Shown: positions 40,506-50,027 of the stretch, piece by piece | Layout of the letters: every line of letters begins with the position of its first letter | How positions within the stretch are numbered: position 1 is the stretch's first letter | NCBI GenBank assembly: GCA_964388065.1 | Contig: CAYLZS010000129.1 | Span: 1 to 62,086 of the forward strand | Length of the DNA stretch: 62,086 bases | Source: an uncultured Granulosicoccaceae bacterium | GTDB lineage: Bacteria; Pseudomonadota; Gammaproteobacteria; Granulosicoccales; Granulosicoccaceae | Direction: 5' to 3' | Notes under the pieces: generated by a model | Databases searched by the model: none | Told to the model about the DNA's origin: nothing | What the model saw: only the letters and a program-made list of their open reading frames with translations | Made by a program: the position numbers and the translations under genes

Positions 40506-41843
40506 ATGGAAAGTATCGATGAAAATACTGTTGCCAAAAATGCAGACCTGATCTCGAAAGGTTCAATTACTTGTAGCGACTTAGCTGATCACTCCGTTAA
40601 AGCTATTGAATCCTCAGATGCCAATATACGCGCCTGGGAACACTTCGACGCACAGGCAGCAATGAAACAGGCGGCACTGATTGACGATGTGTTAAAACGC
40701 GAAGAGCTGCCGGGCTCTCTGCAGGGTATACCGATCGGTGTGAAAGATATTTTTGATACGGTAGATTTCCCAACCACCAAGGGCACTGCAATACATGCAG
40801 CAAGGCAGCCGGATAAAGATTGCCATGTAATTGAAAAACTTAAAGCTGCCAATGCGCTCATCATTGGCAAAACAGTGACCACTGAATTTGCATTTTTGCA
40901 CCCGTCAAAGACCCGCAATCCGCACAACCAACGCTATAGTCCCGGGGGTTCATCCAGCGGTTCTGCTGCTGCAGTAGCAGCCGGTCACGTGCCACTTGCT
41001 GTTGGGAGCCAGACCGGTGGCTCTGTTATAAGGCCAGCATCATTTTGCGGTGTGTACGGTTACAAGCCAACACGAGGTCTGGTATCACGGCGTGGTGTAC
41101 TTGAAACCTCCACAACTCTTGATCATGTCGGTTTTTTTGCCAACCAGCTTGAAGACATGGCTGCAATTACTGATGCGGTATGCGGGTATGATCCTGAAGA
41201 CTCAGCAAGCTACCAGCAACCTGCACCAGAAATACTGAGCACATTTCATCGCGAACCACCTCACACCCCTTCAGTTGTGTGGCTGGACATGCCTTATAAA
41301 GATCGTTACTCAGACAATGCGGTAACAGTGTTTGAAAAATTGATCTCCGAACTCGGCAGCAAACTGCATCGGATTAGCGCTCCAGCAGAATTCGAGCAGT
41401 ATCTTAAAGCTCACAAAACAATTTATGACTATGAAATTCTGAGAGCACTGGATTACGAAATTCAACAGCACTGGGACAAAATCAGCGCTACTGCTCAGCC
41501 AATATTTACAGCGGCCAGAGACTGTACCGAACAACAGTATCGGGACGCATTGGAAACCAGACAATTGGCACTTGAGTGGTTTGATAATTTTTACACGCGA
41601 TACGACGCTATATTAACCCCGTCTGCAGTTTCTATTGCCCCATTGATGGGAAGCACCGGAGATTCTATTTGCTGTATTACATGGACACTCTGCGGCCTGC
41701 CCTGCATTAATTTGCCAATACTGACCGGTGAAAACAATTTACCAATAGGTGTTCAGGTTATTGGCGCTAACAGGAAAGACGGCACTTTGTTTCAAACTGC
41801 ACGATATATCGAACAGCTCGTCACTAAAAGCTCCCAGGCGTAG
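40506..41843 (+). CDS. amidase-signature (AS) family amidase
   Basis: GVKDIFD (Lys) and GGSSSGSAAAVAAG signature. ATG 40506 is 4 nt after the dctM-like stop. The track ORF starts at 40437. Confidence 0.85.
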   Translation: MESIDENTVAKNADLISKGSITCSDLADHSVKAIESSDANIRAWEHFDAQAAMKQAALIDDVLKREELPGSLQGIPIGVKDIFDTVDFPTTKGTAIHAARQPDKDCHVIEKLKAANALIIGKTVTTEFAFLHPSKTRNPHNQRYSPGGSSSGSAAAVAAGHVPLAVGSQTGGSVIRPASFCGVYGYKPTRGLVSRRGVLETSTTLDHVGFFANQLEDMAAITDAVCGYDPEDSASYQQPAPEILSTFHREPPHTPSVVWLDMPYKDRYSDNAVTVFEKLISELGSKLHRISAPAEFEQYLKAHKTIYDYEILRALDYEIQQHWDKISATAQPIFTAARDCTEQQYRDALETRQLALEWFDNFYTRYDAILTPSAVSIAPLMGSTGDSICCITWTLCGLPCINLPILTGENNLPIGVQVIGANRKDGTLFQTARYIEQLVTKSSQA

Positions 41844-41911
41844 TTCAGACAGATAGCGGGACGCGTTCGACTCACTCCGACACACTGGGTATTCGCACAC
41901 CGGGTAAGGCC

Positions 41912-43108
41912 ATGAAACCATTTGAAGGAATCAGAGTACTCGATCTAACGCATGTGCTTGCAGGCCCTTTCAGCACATTCCAGCTTGCAACGTTAGGTGC
42001 TGATGTTATAAAAATAGAATCGCCGGATGCACCGGATATGACACGAATTGAAGGTGTCAACCCTGTGCACAACGAAGCCCTGTATGGCTCGTACTTTCAA
42101 TCACAAAACGCCGGTAAGCGCGGCATTACCCTTAATCTTAAAACAGACGCAGGCTGTACGGCACTGAAACGTCTGATAACAACCGCTGATGTTCTGGTTC
42201 AAAACTATGCGGGCAACGCACTGGAGAACCTTGGCTTTGGTTATGATGCAGTAACTGCAATCAACCCGAAGCTCATCTACTGCAAAATATCCGGCTTTGG
42301 TGACACCGGACCCAAAGCAGATCACCCGGCCTATGACGTAGTTATTCAGGCGTTCTCGGGTTTAATGACAGCCAATGGCGCTGCCAACAGTGATCCGGTG
42401 CGCGTCGGCCCGCCAATGGTTGACTATGGCACAGGGGCACAAGCCGCTTTCGCAATTTCAGCAGCCCTTTACCAAAGACAGCAAACCGGCACTGGCCAGT
42501 ACATTGATGTATCAATGCTTGATGCGGCACTGATGATGATGAGCGCACTCGTGGTCGACACGGTAATAACGGACAAGCGCCCCGTGCCACACGGCAACGC
42601 ACATCCGGATTATTGTGGTTATGCCACTTACGATACTGCAGACGGACAGATTATGCTGGGTGCCTTCACCAACAAACAGCACGCATCGCTATTGCGAACG
42701 CTGGGTGAAAACGCCAGAGCAGATGAAATAATGACAACACCACGCGATAAGCTCGCTGCAACGTATGAGCAGGATAGCGAGCTGATTGCGGTAATGCTTA
42801 AAGAGAAACCTGCAAGTGAGTGGGAGCAAATTCTTAATGACAATCGGGTTCCGGCGGCTCGCGTTCGAGGACTGGATGAAACCCTGAAAGAAGACCATCT
42901 GAAACACCGCAATGTGCTGCAAACCATTGAACACGCAAAAGACGGTTGCCCGTCGCAATTGCCAGTCAGCGCTTTCAATTTTGCACACGGATCACCGTCA
43001 ATAAGCTCATCTCCGCCAAAGCTTGGTCAGCATACCGATGAGGTGCTTAAGGAAGCGGGTTACAGCGAGTCAGAAATTGAACAGATGAAACGTGACGGTG
43101 CGATTTAA
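41912..43108 (+). CDS. family III CoA-transferase (CaiB/BaiF-like)
   Basis: PFEGIRVLDLTHVLAGPFSTFQLATLGADVIKIE is the hallmark N-terminus. MVDYGTGAQAA contains the catalytic Asp region. Confidence 0.85.
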   Translation: MKPFEGIRVLDLTHVLAGPFSTFQLATLGADVIKIESPDAPDMTRIEGVNPVHNEALYGSYFQSQNAGKRGITLNLKTDAGCTALKRLITTADVLVQNYAGNALENLGFGYDAVTAINPKLIYCKISGFGDTGPKADHPAYDVVIQAFSGLMTANGAANSDPVRVGPPMVDYGTGAQAAFAISAALYQRQQTGTGQYIDVSMLDAALMMMSALVVDTVITDKRPVPHGNAHPDYCGYATYDTADGQIMLGAFTNKQHASLLRTLGENARADEIMTTPRDKLAATYEQDSELIAVMLKEKPASEWEQILNDNRVPAARVRGLDETLKEDHLKHRNVLQTIEHAKDGCPSQLPVSAFNFAHGSPSISSSPPKLGQHTDEVLKEAGYSESEIEQMKRDGAI

Positions 43109-43452
43109 ATACGACCATCTTCATAACACTCTCTGCAAACTCCGCTGCCAGCTCCCAGCTAACCCATCATTGTCATGAGCGCTATTCAACGAGAGAAAGT
43201 CAAACCCAACATATCTCTATCATACCTCTGTACAACTCAATTTCCGCCTTATGATCATCGATAACCTTGATGTAAAAACGCTTTGAGTTGCACTGAAATT
43301 AAGTCTGTCTTTACCTTCTTTTGCAACTGCTGCGAACATTAGTCGCTAGTAACAAATAAATCAAAAAGTTATATTATTTTTATAATTTTGTTATTAACCG
43401 TTTTGCGACGATGATCATACTCCCGGCTCCTTTAAATGCCTGGAAATAATAA

Positions 43453-44166
43453 ATGCCACTTAAGCTAAACAGACTCGGCTTATCAATAGCAGCAACCTTT
43501 ACAATAGCCACGACACTCTCTGCACAGAATGTCTCTGCTCAGGGATTGAACAGTTTCGAAGTGACCGTTACCAACGCAACAAACAACGTTACGTTCACAC
43601 CGATTTTCGCAGTAACCCATACATCGGCATCCAGTCTGTTTGAGATAGGAGAACCTGCAAGTGTCGCACTTGAAGACCTCGCAGAGGGCGGCAGCCCCGC
43701 CATGCTGGAAGCTAATTTTGATGCTATCCGGAATACTGTGGTAGAAATTGCGACCGCTGCAGGAACACCCGCTGACGGACCTTTCACTGCAGCCGGTCAA
43801 ACCGCCACCTTTCGTATATCGGCTCACTCGGGTGCAGACTTTCTTAGTATGGCCGCAATGCTACTGCCAACTAATGATTCGTTTATGGCACTTAACGGAG
43901 TGCGCCTGCCAGACAGTGGCAGTGTGACCTATGAGGCCATTGGATACGACGCCGGTACAGAACTGAATACTCAATTGTGCAGTCAAATCCCGGGTCCTCA
44001 GTGTGATGGCACTCCGGATGGAGAAGGCACCAACCCATCCCGCAATGACCGCGGGGACTTCGTTCATGTGAGCTCCGGTGTTCACGATGTGGGTGACCTG
44101 AGAGCCTATCAGTATGATTGGCGCAACCCTGTGGCAACCGTCACCGTTACACGAATAGGCGACTAA
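43453..44166 (+). CDS. secreted spondin_N-like domain protein
   Basis: Signal ...LSAQNVSA|QG. FEVTVTNATNNVTFTPIFAVTH...LSMAAMLLPTNDSFMALNGVRLP resembles bacterial spondin-domain proteins, as I remember them. Confidence 0.55.
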   Translation: MPLKLNRLGLSIAATFTIATTLSAQNVSAQGLNSFEVTVTNATNNVTFTPIFAVTHTSASSLFEIGEPASVALEDLAEGGSPAMLEANFDAIRNTVVEIATAAGTPADGPFTAAGQTATFRISAHSGADFLSMAAMLLPTNDSFMALNGVRLPDSGSVTYEAIGYDAGTELNTQLCSQIPGPQCDGTPDGEGTNPSRNDRGDFVHVSSGVHDVGDLRAYQYDWRNPVATVTVTRIGD

Positions 44167-44184
44167 CACCTGTTAACCGCGTAA

Positions 44185-44218
44185 CGCCTCAGATGATTTT
44201 TCTTTGAGGCGGTTTTTT
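44185..44218 (+). terminator. Rho-independent terminator
   Basis: CGCCTCA-N13-TGAGGCG followed by GTTTTTT. Confidence 0.7.
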
Positions 44219-44350
44219 AACAGTTACTCATTCGTGCCAGTTCGTGGCACGGACCTGTTTTTCGAACATACTCACAAACGTGCTTCTCCTCTGCCAATTG
44301 CCAGATCTCTACTATTCTTCTTATAGAAGAATCAAATAGAGACACTACCA

Positions 44351-44977
44351 ATGGTATCGATAGCAACTAACGGAAAGGCTGCCCTTGCTGCCTGCATCAC
44401 TGTCACTTTAATGGCATGTGACGGAGATACAATCAATCTCGGACTTCCGGACACAATTGAAACGATAAATGAGCCCGTCGCTGCTGAAGCCAATGATATT
44501 TCGGAGCTGGACGAAACTACTGAAATCACCGTAGGTGCGCAAAATTGTCCACCACTGCTTGGAATCCGAAGCATTGGAGCGGTCACAGGCTTGTGGGATA
44601 CCACCGAAATTTCCAATGGCCTGCAGGATATCGCGGTGACTCAGATTGGTCAGAACGGTGATATTACCTTCTTTGATTTCCAGCAGGATGATGTTGGCAA
44701 CGGTGATAATTGCTATGTAATCGTTGCTGGTACGTCGGTAATCGAGCAGTTGGCCGATCTGTCTTTCATCAATACTTTTTATAGCGATCCGGATACCAGC
44801 TGCAACGTCCTCACTGATTCGCTTGAATTAACTTTTGATGCGAATGGATCTCTGGAAATCTCTTCTGTTGACGAACTCGATACAGACAACGACGGCGATA
44901 TAACTGAGACAATCACCGAAACGTTTCCACGAATCAACGGTGTTTCGGCAACCGATTTAATCGCTTGTGATATTTAA
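44351..44977 (+). CDS. acidic lipoprotein of unknown function
   Basis: Lipobox LMAC|DGD. Asp/Glu/Thr-rich, with several Cys and a DTDNDGD (DxDxDG) calcium-loop-like motif near the C-terminus. Confidence 0.5.
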   Translation: MVSIATNGKAALAACITVTLMACDGDTINLGLPDTIETINEPVAAEANDISELDETTEITVGAQNCPPLLGIRSIGAVTGLWDTTEISNGLQDIAVTQIGQNGDITFFDFQQDDVGNGDNCYVIVAGTSVIEQLADLSFINTFYSDPDTSCNVLTDSLELTFDANGSLEISSVDELDTDNDGDITETITETFPRINGVSATDLIACDI

Positions 44978-44985
44978 AACTCAAC

Positions 44986-46716
44986 TTAAAAAATAGACGG
45001 TTCATCAACAGGACGTCCATGTGATGTCTCGAGAAAATCAAAGTCGCAGCCACTGTCTGCCTGACGAATATGGTTGGAAAACATCCAGCCATAGCCCCTT
45101 TCATACCTAACGGGAGGTCGTTGCCAGGCGTCCTGGCGTTTTTTAAGCTCAGCTTTATCTACCTGTAGATCAATGGTTCTGGCGGCAACATCGACGGCAA
45201 TAATATCTCCGGTCTGCACCAGTGCGAGCGGACCGCCAACATAAGACTCCGGGGCAACATGTAAAATACACGCCCCATAGCTTGTGCCACTCATTCGTGC
45301 ATCAGAAATGCGCACCATATCGCGCACGCCCTGCTTTAGGAGTTTCTTCGGGATTGGCAGCATGCCCCATTCAGGCATACCGGGTCCTCCCTTCGGACCT
45401 GCGTTGCGCAAAACCAATACGGTATTTTTATCGACATCGAGATCTTCGTTGTCGATGTTCGCCTTCATCTCTGCGTAGTTATCAAACACCAGCGCTGGCC
45501 CGGTATGCTGCAACAGACGCGGTTCGCAGGCAGATGGCTTTATCACGCATCCATCCGGAGCAAGTGAACCTTTAAGTACTGCCAGCGCACCTTCTGCATA
45601 AATCGGATTATCGGTGCTTCTTATCACATCGTCGTTATAAACTTCGGCACGTTGCAGTGCCTGCGCCCAGGTTTTACCGGACACAGTCAGACAATTAGTA
45701 TGCAGCTCATCTTCAATTCGAGATAGCATGGCAGGCAGACCGCCTGCGTAGAAGAAGTCTTCCATCAGGTAGGTATCACCACTGGGGCGTATATTGGCAA
45801 TCACCGGAATACGTCGGCTTTTTGCCTCAAAGTCTGCCAGACTTAAATCCACACCGCTTCGTCGCGCCATGGCAATTAAATGAATGATGGCATTGGTAGA
45901 ACACCCCATCGCCATTGCAGCGGTTACACCATTTTGATAGGCATCTGAGGTCAGTATTGCAGACGGCTTTACGTCATCCCACACCATCTCGACAATACGC
46001 CGACCGGAAGCGCTGCACATACGGATATGGTTGGAGTCTGCGGCAGGGATTGAACTCGCTCCGTTAAGACACATGCCAATACTATCTGCGATAGACATCA
46101 TTGTGGCGGCAGTACCCATTGTCATGCAGGTGCCATAGGAACGCGCAATACCACCCATGACTTCATTCCAGTCCTGACGGTCAATTTCACCTGCACGCAG
46201 ATCGTCCCAGTACTTCCATGAGTCAGAGCCCGAACCAAGCGTCTTGCCCTTCCAGTGACCTCGCAGCATGGGACCTGCGGGCACATAGATCGCCGGTATA
46301 TCCATACTGATCGCCCCCATCAACAAGGCCGGCGTTGTTTTGTCACACCCTCCCATCAATACCGCACCATCAATCGGGTGGCTGCGCAACAGCTCTTCGG
46401 TTTCCATTGCGAGAAAATTTCGGTACAGCATGGTTGATGGCTTAACTATGGGCTCTGAAAGTGAGATGGCCGGTAACTCCAGCGGCATTCCACCGGCTTG
46501 CAACACACCTCGCTTGATGTCATCTACCCGGTGTTTAAAGTGCGAGTGACACTGGTTAATATCAGACCAGGTGTTGACGATCGCAATGACCGGGCGACCC
46601 TCCCAGTCTTCCTCGCCGTAGCCCATTTGCATAAAGCGCGAGCGGTGGCTCGATGAGCGCAAATCATCCTCTCCAAGCCAGCGAAAGCTTCTAAACGTCT
46701 TTGGGTCTTTTTTCAT
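44986..46716 (-). CDS. IlvD/Edd-family dehydratase (sugar-acid dehydratase-like)
   Basis: 576 aa. GRPVIAIVNTWSD..CHSHF and GGCDKTTPALLMGA (Fe-S Cys region). Confidence 0.85.
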   Translation of the reverse strand: MKKDPKTFRSFRWLGEDDLRSSSHRSRFMQMGYGEEDWEGRPVIAIVNTWSDINQCHSHFKHRVDDIKRGVLQAGGMPLELPAISLSEPIVKPSTMLYRNFLAMETEELLRSHPIDGAVLMGGCDKTTPALLMGAISMDIPAIYVPAGPMLRGHWKGKTLGSGSDSWKYWDDLRAGEIDRQDWNEVMGGIARSYGTCMTMGTAATMMSIADSIGMCLNGASSIPAADSNHIRMCSASGRRIVEMVWDDVKPSAILTSDAYQNGVTAAMAMGCSTNAIIHLIAMARRSGVDLSLADFEAKSRRIPVIANIRPSGDTYLMEDFFYAGGLPAMLSRIEDELHTNCLTVSGKTWAQALQRAEVYNDDVIRSTDNPIYAEGALAVLKGSLAPDGCVIKPSACEPRLLQHTGPALVFDNYAEMKANIDNEDLDVDKNTVLVLRNAGPKGGPGMPEWGMLPIPKKLLKQGVRDMVRISDARMSGTSYGACILHVAPESYVGGPLALVQTGDIIAVDVAARTIDLQVDKAELKKRQDAWQRPPVRYERGYGWMFSNHIRQADSGCDFDFLETSHGRPVDEPSIF

Positions 46717-46810
46717 GGTACTTTTCTTAATTGTTCTCGCTGCCAGTTTACTCGCAGTGAGCGCAATTAGTCGAACAACTGCGCTATCAATTTATTTTCA
46801 GTGCCCCTAA

Positions 46811-46843
46811 AATATCTGTCTGGAATATCTGTCTGGAATATCC
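46811..46843. repeat. 13-bp tandem repeat x2.5 (AATATCTGTCTGG)
   Basis: Read directly, 25-57 bp upstream of the ytoQ-like ATG. Confidence 0.85.
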
Positions 46844-46867
46844 GCAAGCCAACCGAGGAGCATAATC

Positions 46868-47308
46868 ATGACCTGGAGCGTTTATCTTTCAGGAGAAATA
46901 CACACCGACTGGCGACAACAAATAGCCAGCGGATGCAGCAATCTGAATTTACCAGTGAGTTTTTGTTCTGCCGTAACAGACCACGATGCCAGTGATGCGG
47001 CCGGTGACGTGCTTGGTGCTGAGTCAGAAAGCTTCTGGCGTGATCATAAGTCCTCCAAAGTAAATGGCATTCGAACCAGAAATCTGATTGCCAAATGCGA
47101 TATCGCAGTCGTGCGCTTTGGTGAAAAATATAAGCAATGGAACGCAGCTTTCGATGCTGGTCAGCTGGCAGCCCTGGGCAAGCCCTACATCACCCTGCAC
47201 GATGCAGACATCATCCACCCATTAAAAGAAGTAGACTCTGCAGCAATGGGCTGGGCACAGACACCAGATCAGGTGGTAGAGATCCTGCGCTACGTCACTA
47301 CTGCCTAG
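46868..47308 (+). CDS. YtoQ-family protein (nucleoside 2-deoxyribosyltransferase-like fold)
   Basis: MTWSVYLSGEIHTDWRQQI...VVRFGEKYKQWNAAFDAGQLAALGKPYITLH matches YtoQ family proteins. Strong RBS GAGGAG. Confidence 0.7.
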   Translation: MTWSVYLSGEIHTDWRQQIASGCSNLNLPVSFCSAVTDHDASDAAGDVLGAESESFWRDHKSSKVNGIRTRNLIAKCDIAVVRFGEKYKQWNAAFDAGQLAALGKPYITLHDADIIHPLKEVDSAAMGWAQTPDQVVEILRYVTTA

Positions 47309-47345
47309 CCTGCAGGGAGATGCATAAACTTCTGCACCACCCTAT

Positions 47346-47642
47346 ATGAGCAAGCAAGAGAAGATAACTGTTGAAAACGTCAATGTACCTGGACATACCA
47401 GCAACGTAGACGCCGTCAGATATCTTGCGGTTAAAAAGGCAATGCTGAAAGTATTGCCGGGGAGCGCACCTGGTCTCACCCATGCAGAATTGTGCAACGC
47501 TATGAAACCGCACCTTGAAGAATTATTTCCGGGCGGTTCTAAGTTAGGCTGGTGGTCCAAGACTGTACAGCTTGATCTTGAGGCAAAAAAATTACTGAAC
47601 CGCGAAGACAGCAAGCCACTGCGGTGGCATCGACGTTCCTAG
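47346..47642 (+). CDS. small conserved hypothetical protein (98 aa)
   Basis: Balanced composition. PGLTHAELCNAM...GGSKLGWWSKTVQLDLEAKKLL...KPLRW resembles a DUF-type winged-helix-like family I recall only vaguely. No obvious RBS. Confidence 0.5.
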   Translation: MSKQEKITVENVNVPGHTSNVDAVRYLAVKKAMLKVLPGSAPGLTHAELCNAMKPHLEELFPGGSKLGWWSKTVQLDLEAKKLLNREDSKPLRWHRRS

Positions 47643-47662
47643 TCACAAACCGAACCGTATTT

Positions 47663-48133
47663 TTATAGAGCCGCCTGATATTCGTTAACCATTGATATCA
47701 CCTGCGCCGGTGTTAGCCTGCCCTCTTTTCTACTGATAACCAAAGATTTTGATGTGCCTTCAGCCACAGTTTTTTCACCACGATAAAACGTATGGGTGGC
47801 ATAAAAGTACTTTTCATCCCAGTGCGTGATCTTCATGGTGATTCTGATTCTGTTAAATACTCGAAGCGGTTTGATATAAGTCATTGTATGTTCCGCCACC
47901 ACCGGGGCAAGCTTGTTTTTGATCATAATGGAAGCCAACCCGGAACGGACAAAAAGATCCACTCGGTTAAAATCGCATAAGGTCATGTACCGACCATTAT
48001 TAACATGCAGATTCAGGTCAAGATCATTGGGCATGATCGTTGTGGTAACTTCATTGTTCAAATTATCTTCGGTAATTACTTTGCGACGACGCGCCATAAG
48101 CATCACCCAAAGCAGTCTAAAATACAGATTCAT
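47663..48133 (-). CDS. hotdog-fold thioesterase-like protein (4HBT_2-type)
   Basis: IMPNDLDLNLHVNNGRYMTLCDFNRVD is a typical thioesterase N-terminal motif. The start is placed at the internal Met (MNLYFRLL...). Confidence 0.6.
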   Translation of the reverse strand: MNLYFRLLWVMLMARRRKVITEDNLNNEVTTTIMPNDLDLNLHVNNGRYMTLCDFNRVDLFVRSGLASIMIKNKLAPVVAEHTMTYIKPLRVFNRIRITMKITHWDEKYFYATHTFYRGEKTVAEGTSKSLVISRKEGRLTPAQVISMVNEYQAAL

Positions 48134-48355
48134 ATGCTGTACACCCTGTTGCAAGTACATCAGACACGGTTGAAACAAACGTTTGTGCCATGGTCATTTA
48201 CTTAAATTTTACCGTAATCCGGGCAACAGAATTACCCGGAAGTGTTAGACAAAATGAGCAAATGTAGTAAGGTGTTATACCATCACCAGCCTGCCCCACA
48301 CAGCCAGACTGTAAAAGGAAGATACGCAGGCGGACTGAAAACCGAGGAATACGCT

Positions 48356-48706
48356 ATGTCAGAAAACGATCTGGACAAACTGGTTGCAGCGGCCCGGGAA
48401 AACTACGCCAAACGCGAAGACGGCTACCGACAACGCTCGTTAAAAATGTACCCCTGGGTATGTGGCCGCTGTATGCGCGAATTTGACAACAGCAATGTTC
48501 GCGAGTTAACCGTACATCATCGGGATCATAATCACGACAACAACCCGGAGGATGGATCAAACTGGGAGTTACTCTGTGTTTTCTGTCACGACAACGAACA
48601 CCAGCGTTTTGTCGAGCAAATTACTTACGGTGAAGAACAGGCCGCTGTAACAACGCACAATCCGTTTGCAGATCTTAAATCAATGATGGATGACAAAGAC
48701 AAGTAG
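48356..48706 (+). CDS. yajD: YajD-family HNH nuclease
   Basis: CGRC...LTVHHRDHNHDNNPEDGSNWELLCVFCHDNEH. RBS GAGGA before ATG 48356. The track ORF starts upstream at 48242. Confidence 0.8.
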   Translation: MSENDLDKLVAAARENYAKREDGYRQRSLKMYPWVCGRCMREFDNSNVRELTVHHRDHNHDNNPEDGSNWELLCVFCHDNEHQRFVEQITYGEEQAAVTTHNPFADLKSMMDDKDK

Positions 48707-48816
48707 CGGCGTTCCAATTTTTCACAACGTGCCAGATTGCCCTGCACATGGGATAGCACAGGGGCTGGCCGATTGACCGGCTGACTGACTACAATTGTAC
48801 TATCGACGTTCTACTG

Positions 48817-49254
48817 CTACAGATCACCAAACTGTTCTTTAACATACTCTGGAATATCATCACGAGACGGCAATTGTACAGACTTGCCGTCTTCACCCAT
48901 AGCCACAAAAGTGAAAGTCGCTTCAGTCACTTTTTCACGTACCCCGATGCGGTCGCGCCTTACCCACGCCTCAACCAGAACATCCATTGACGAACGTCCG
49001 ATGCGAACCACAGAAGTATATATACCGAGTATATCCCCTACTTTGACTGGCCGATAAAAGCGCATACCGTCAATTGCCGCAGTTACCACCCGGCCCTGAG
49101 CTCTCTGACCCGCACATATACCTGCTGCCATATCCATTTGTGACAAAACCCAGCCACCAAAAATGTCACCGGCAGGATTGGTATCGCTCTGCATTGCCAT
49201 GGTACGGGTGGTCGGCGATCGCCTGGAGGTTTCGCTATCAACGTCTTCGGTCAT
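48817..49254 (-). CDS. acyl-CoA thioesterase (YciA-like)
   Basis: TNPAGDIFGGWVLSQMDMAAG...V.FY.PVKVGD pattern, 145 aa. Confidence 0.8.
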   Translation of the reverse strand: MTEDVDSETSRRSPTTRTMAMQSDTNPAGDIFGGWVLSQMDMAAGICAGQRAQGRVVTAAIDGMRFYRPVKVGDILGIYTSVVRIGRSSMDVLVEAWVRRDRIGVREKVTEATFTFVAMGEDGKSVQLPSRDDIPEYVKEQFGDL

Positions 49255-49357
49255 AAATTTATTTCGAGTTTTAGTGCGTTAGTGGATTGCTAATTGGCGG
49301 GAACAATAACATTGCACCAGCGTACAATCACGTGTTTTTGAAACAACGTTCTGCGCT

Positions 49358-49942
49358 CTACCTCAGACCGTCTTCACCGACAACATCTTTGGCATTCAGT
49401 CCTCCGGCCCGATTATGTACTCGTGCACCGGTAGACATGACGAGCACAAGCACCAGCTCGTTTGCACGCGGTGCATCGTTGACCCCAACCTCCATTGCAT
49501 CAAAGTGCGATCTTACATAAGAAGCATTAGTGTGCGTCATCGGAACATCCAGCCTGGTACCTGGTGCACCCACCTTCTTGGTCGACGGTACGATAGCCAT
49601 ACTGTCTTTAATTAATTCACGCATCGAGTATCCACCTGGTACATGCCACAGTGCACCGTGTTCAATTTCTCCGGCCTCACCGACAATCGCACCTTTACCA
49701 TAGCCCTGAATATTGTCAGGGTTACCACCCAGCGCGTCGATTAACTTACCTGCCATTTGCACACCTAACGGCTTCAGATCATCCATAAACCCGGATATTT
49801 CCTGTTCATAGCTTCCGGCGTAAGGGTTATCAATGACCGCAAGGCACGAAGCTTTATACAGTGGCTTATCTGCGACCGGACCACCCTCGTGAAAGGTTTC
49901 CTCAATGTTCACTACCATTTTTCTGATTTTTACTTCAGGCAT
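49358..49942 (-). CDS. 'amino acid synthesis' family protein (AA_synth / DUF1185)
   Basis: KIRKMVVNIEETFHEGG...NPYAG...YGKGAIVGEAGEIEHGALWH...PSTKKVGAPGTRLDVP...SYVRSHFDAMEV matches this family. Confidence 0.8.
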   Translation of the reverse strand: MPEVKIRKMVVNIEETFHEGGPVADKPLYKASCLAVIDNPYAGSYEQEISGFMDDLKPLGVQMAGKLIDALGGNPDNIQGYGKGAIVGEAGEIEHGALWHVPGGYSMRELIKDSMAIVPSTKKVGAPGTRLDVPMTHTNASYVRSHFDAMEVGVNDAPRANELVLVLVMSTGARVHNRAGGLNAKDVVGEDGLR

Positions 49943-50027
49943 CAGTACATTCTCCGCTTAATCATTGAAATGTTCACCGTTTCGATATTCCTGATTCTAC
50001 AGGCTTTAATCAAATACTTTTTTCTAG

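Noticed and set aside
44245-44262. Sigma-54-like element TGGCAC-N5-TGTTT upstream of the acidic lipoprotein gene.
   Set aside because: The -24 half is perfect but the -12 half lacks the conserved GC (TTGC). No enhancer-binding protein gene is nearby. The TGGCAC is better explained as half of the GTGCCA/TGGCAC palindrome.
48356-48706. HNH nuclease gene as a possible marker of a defence or mobile element.
   Set aside because: The sequence is the small housekeeping YajD type, conserved in gammaproteobacteria. No partner genes (methylase, ATPase, integrase) are adjacent.
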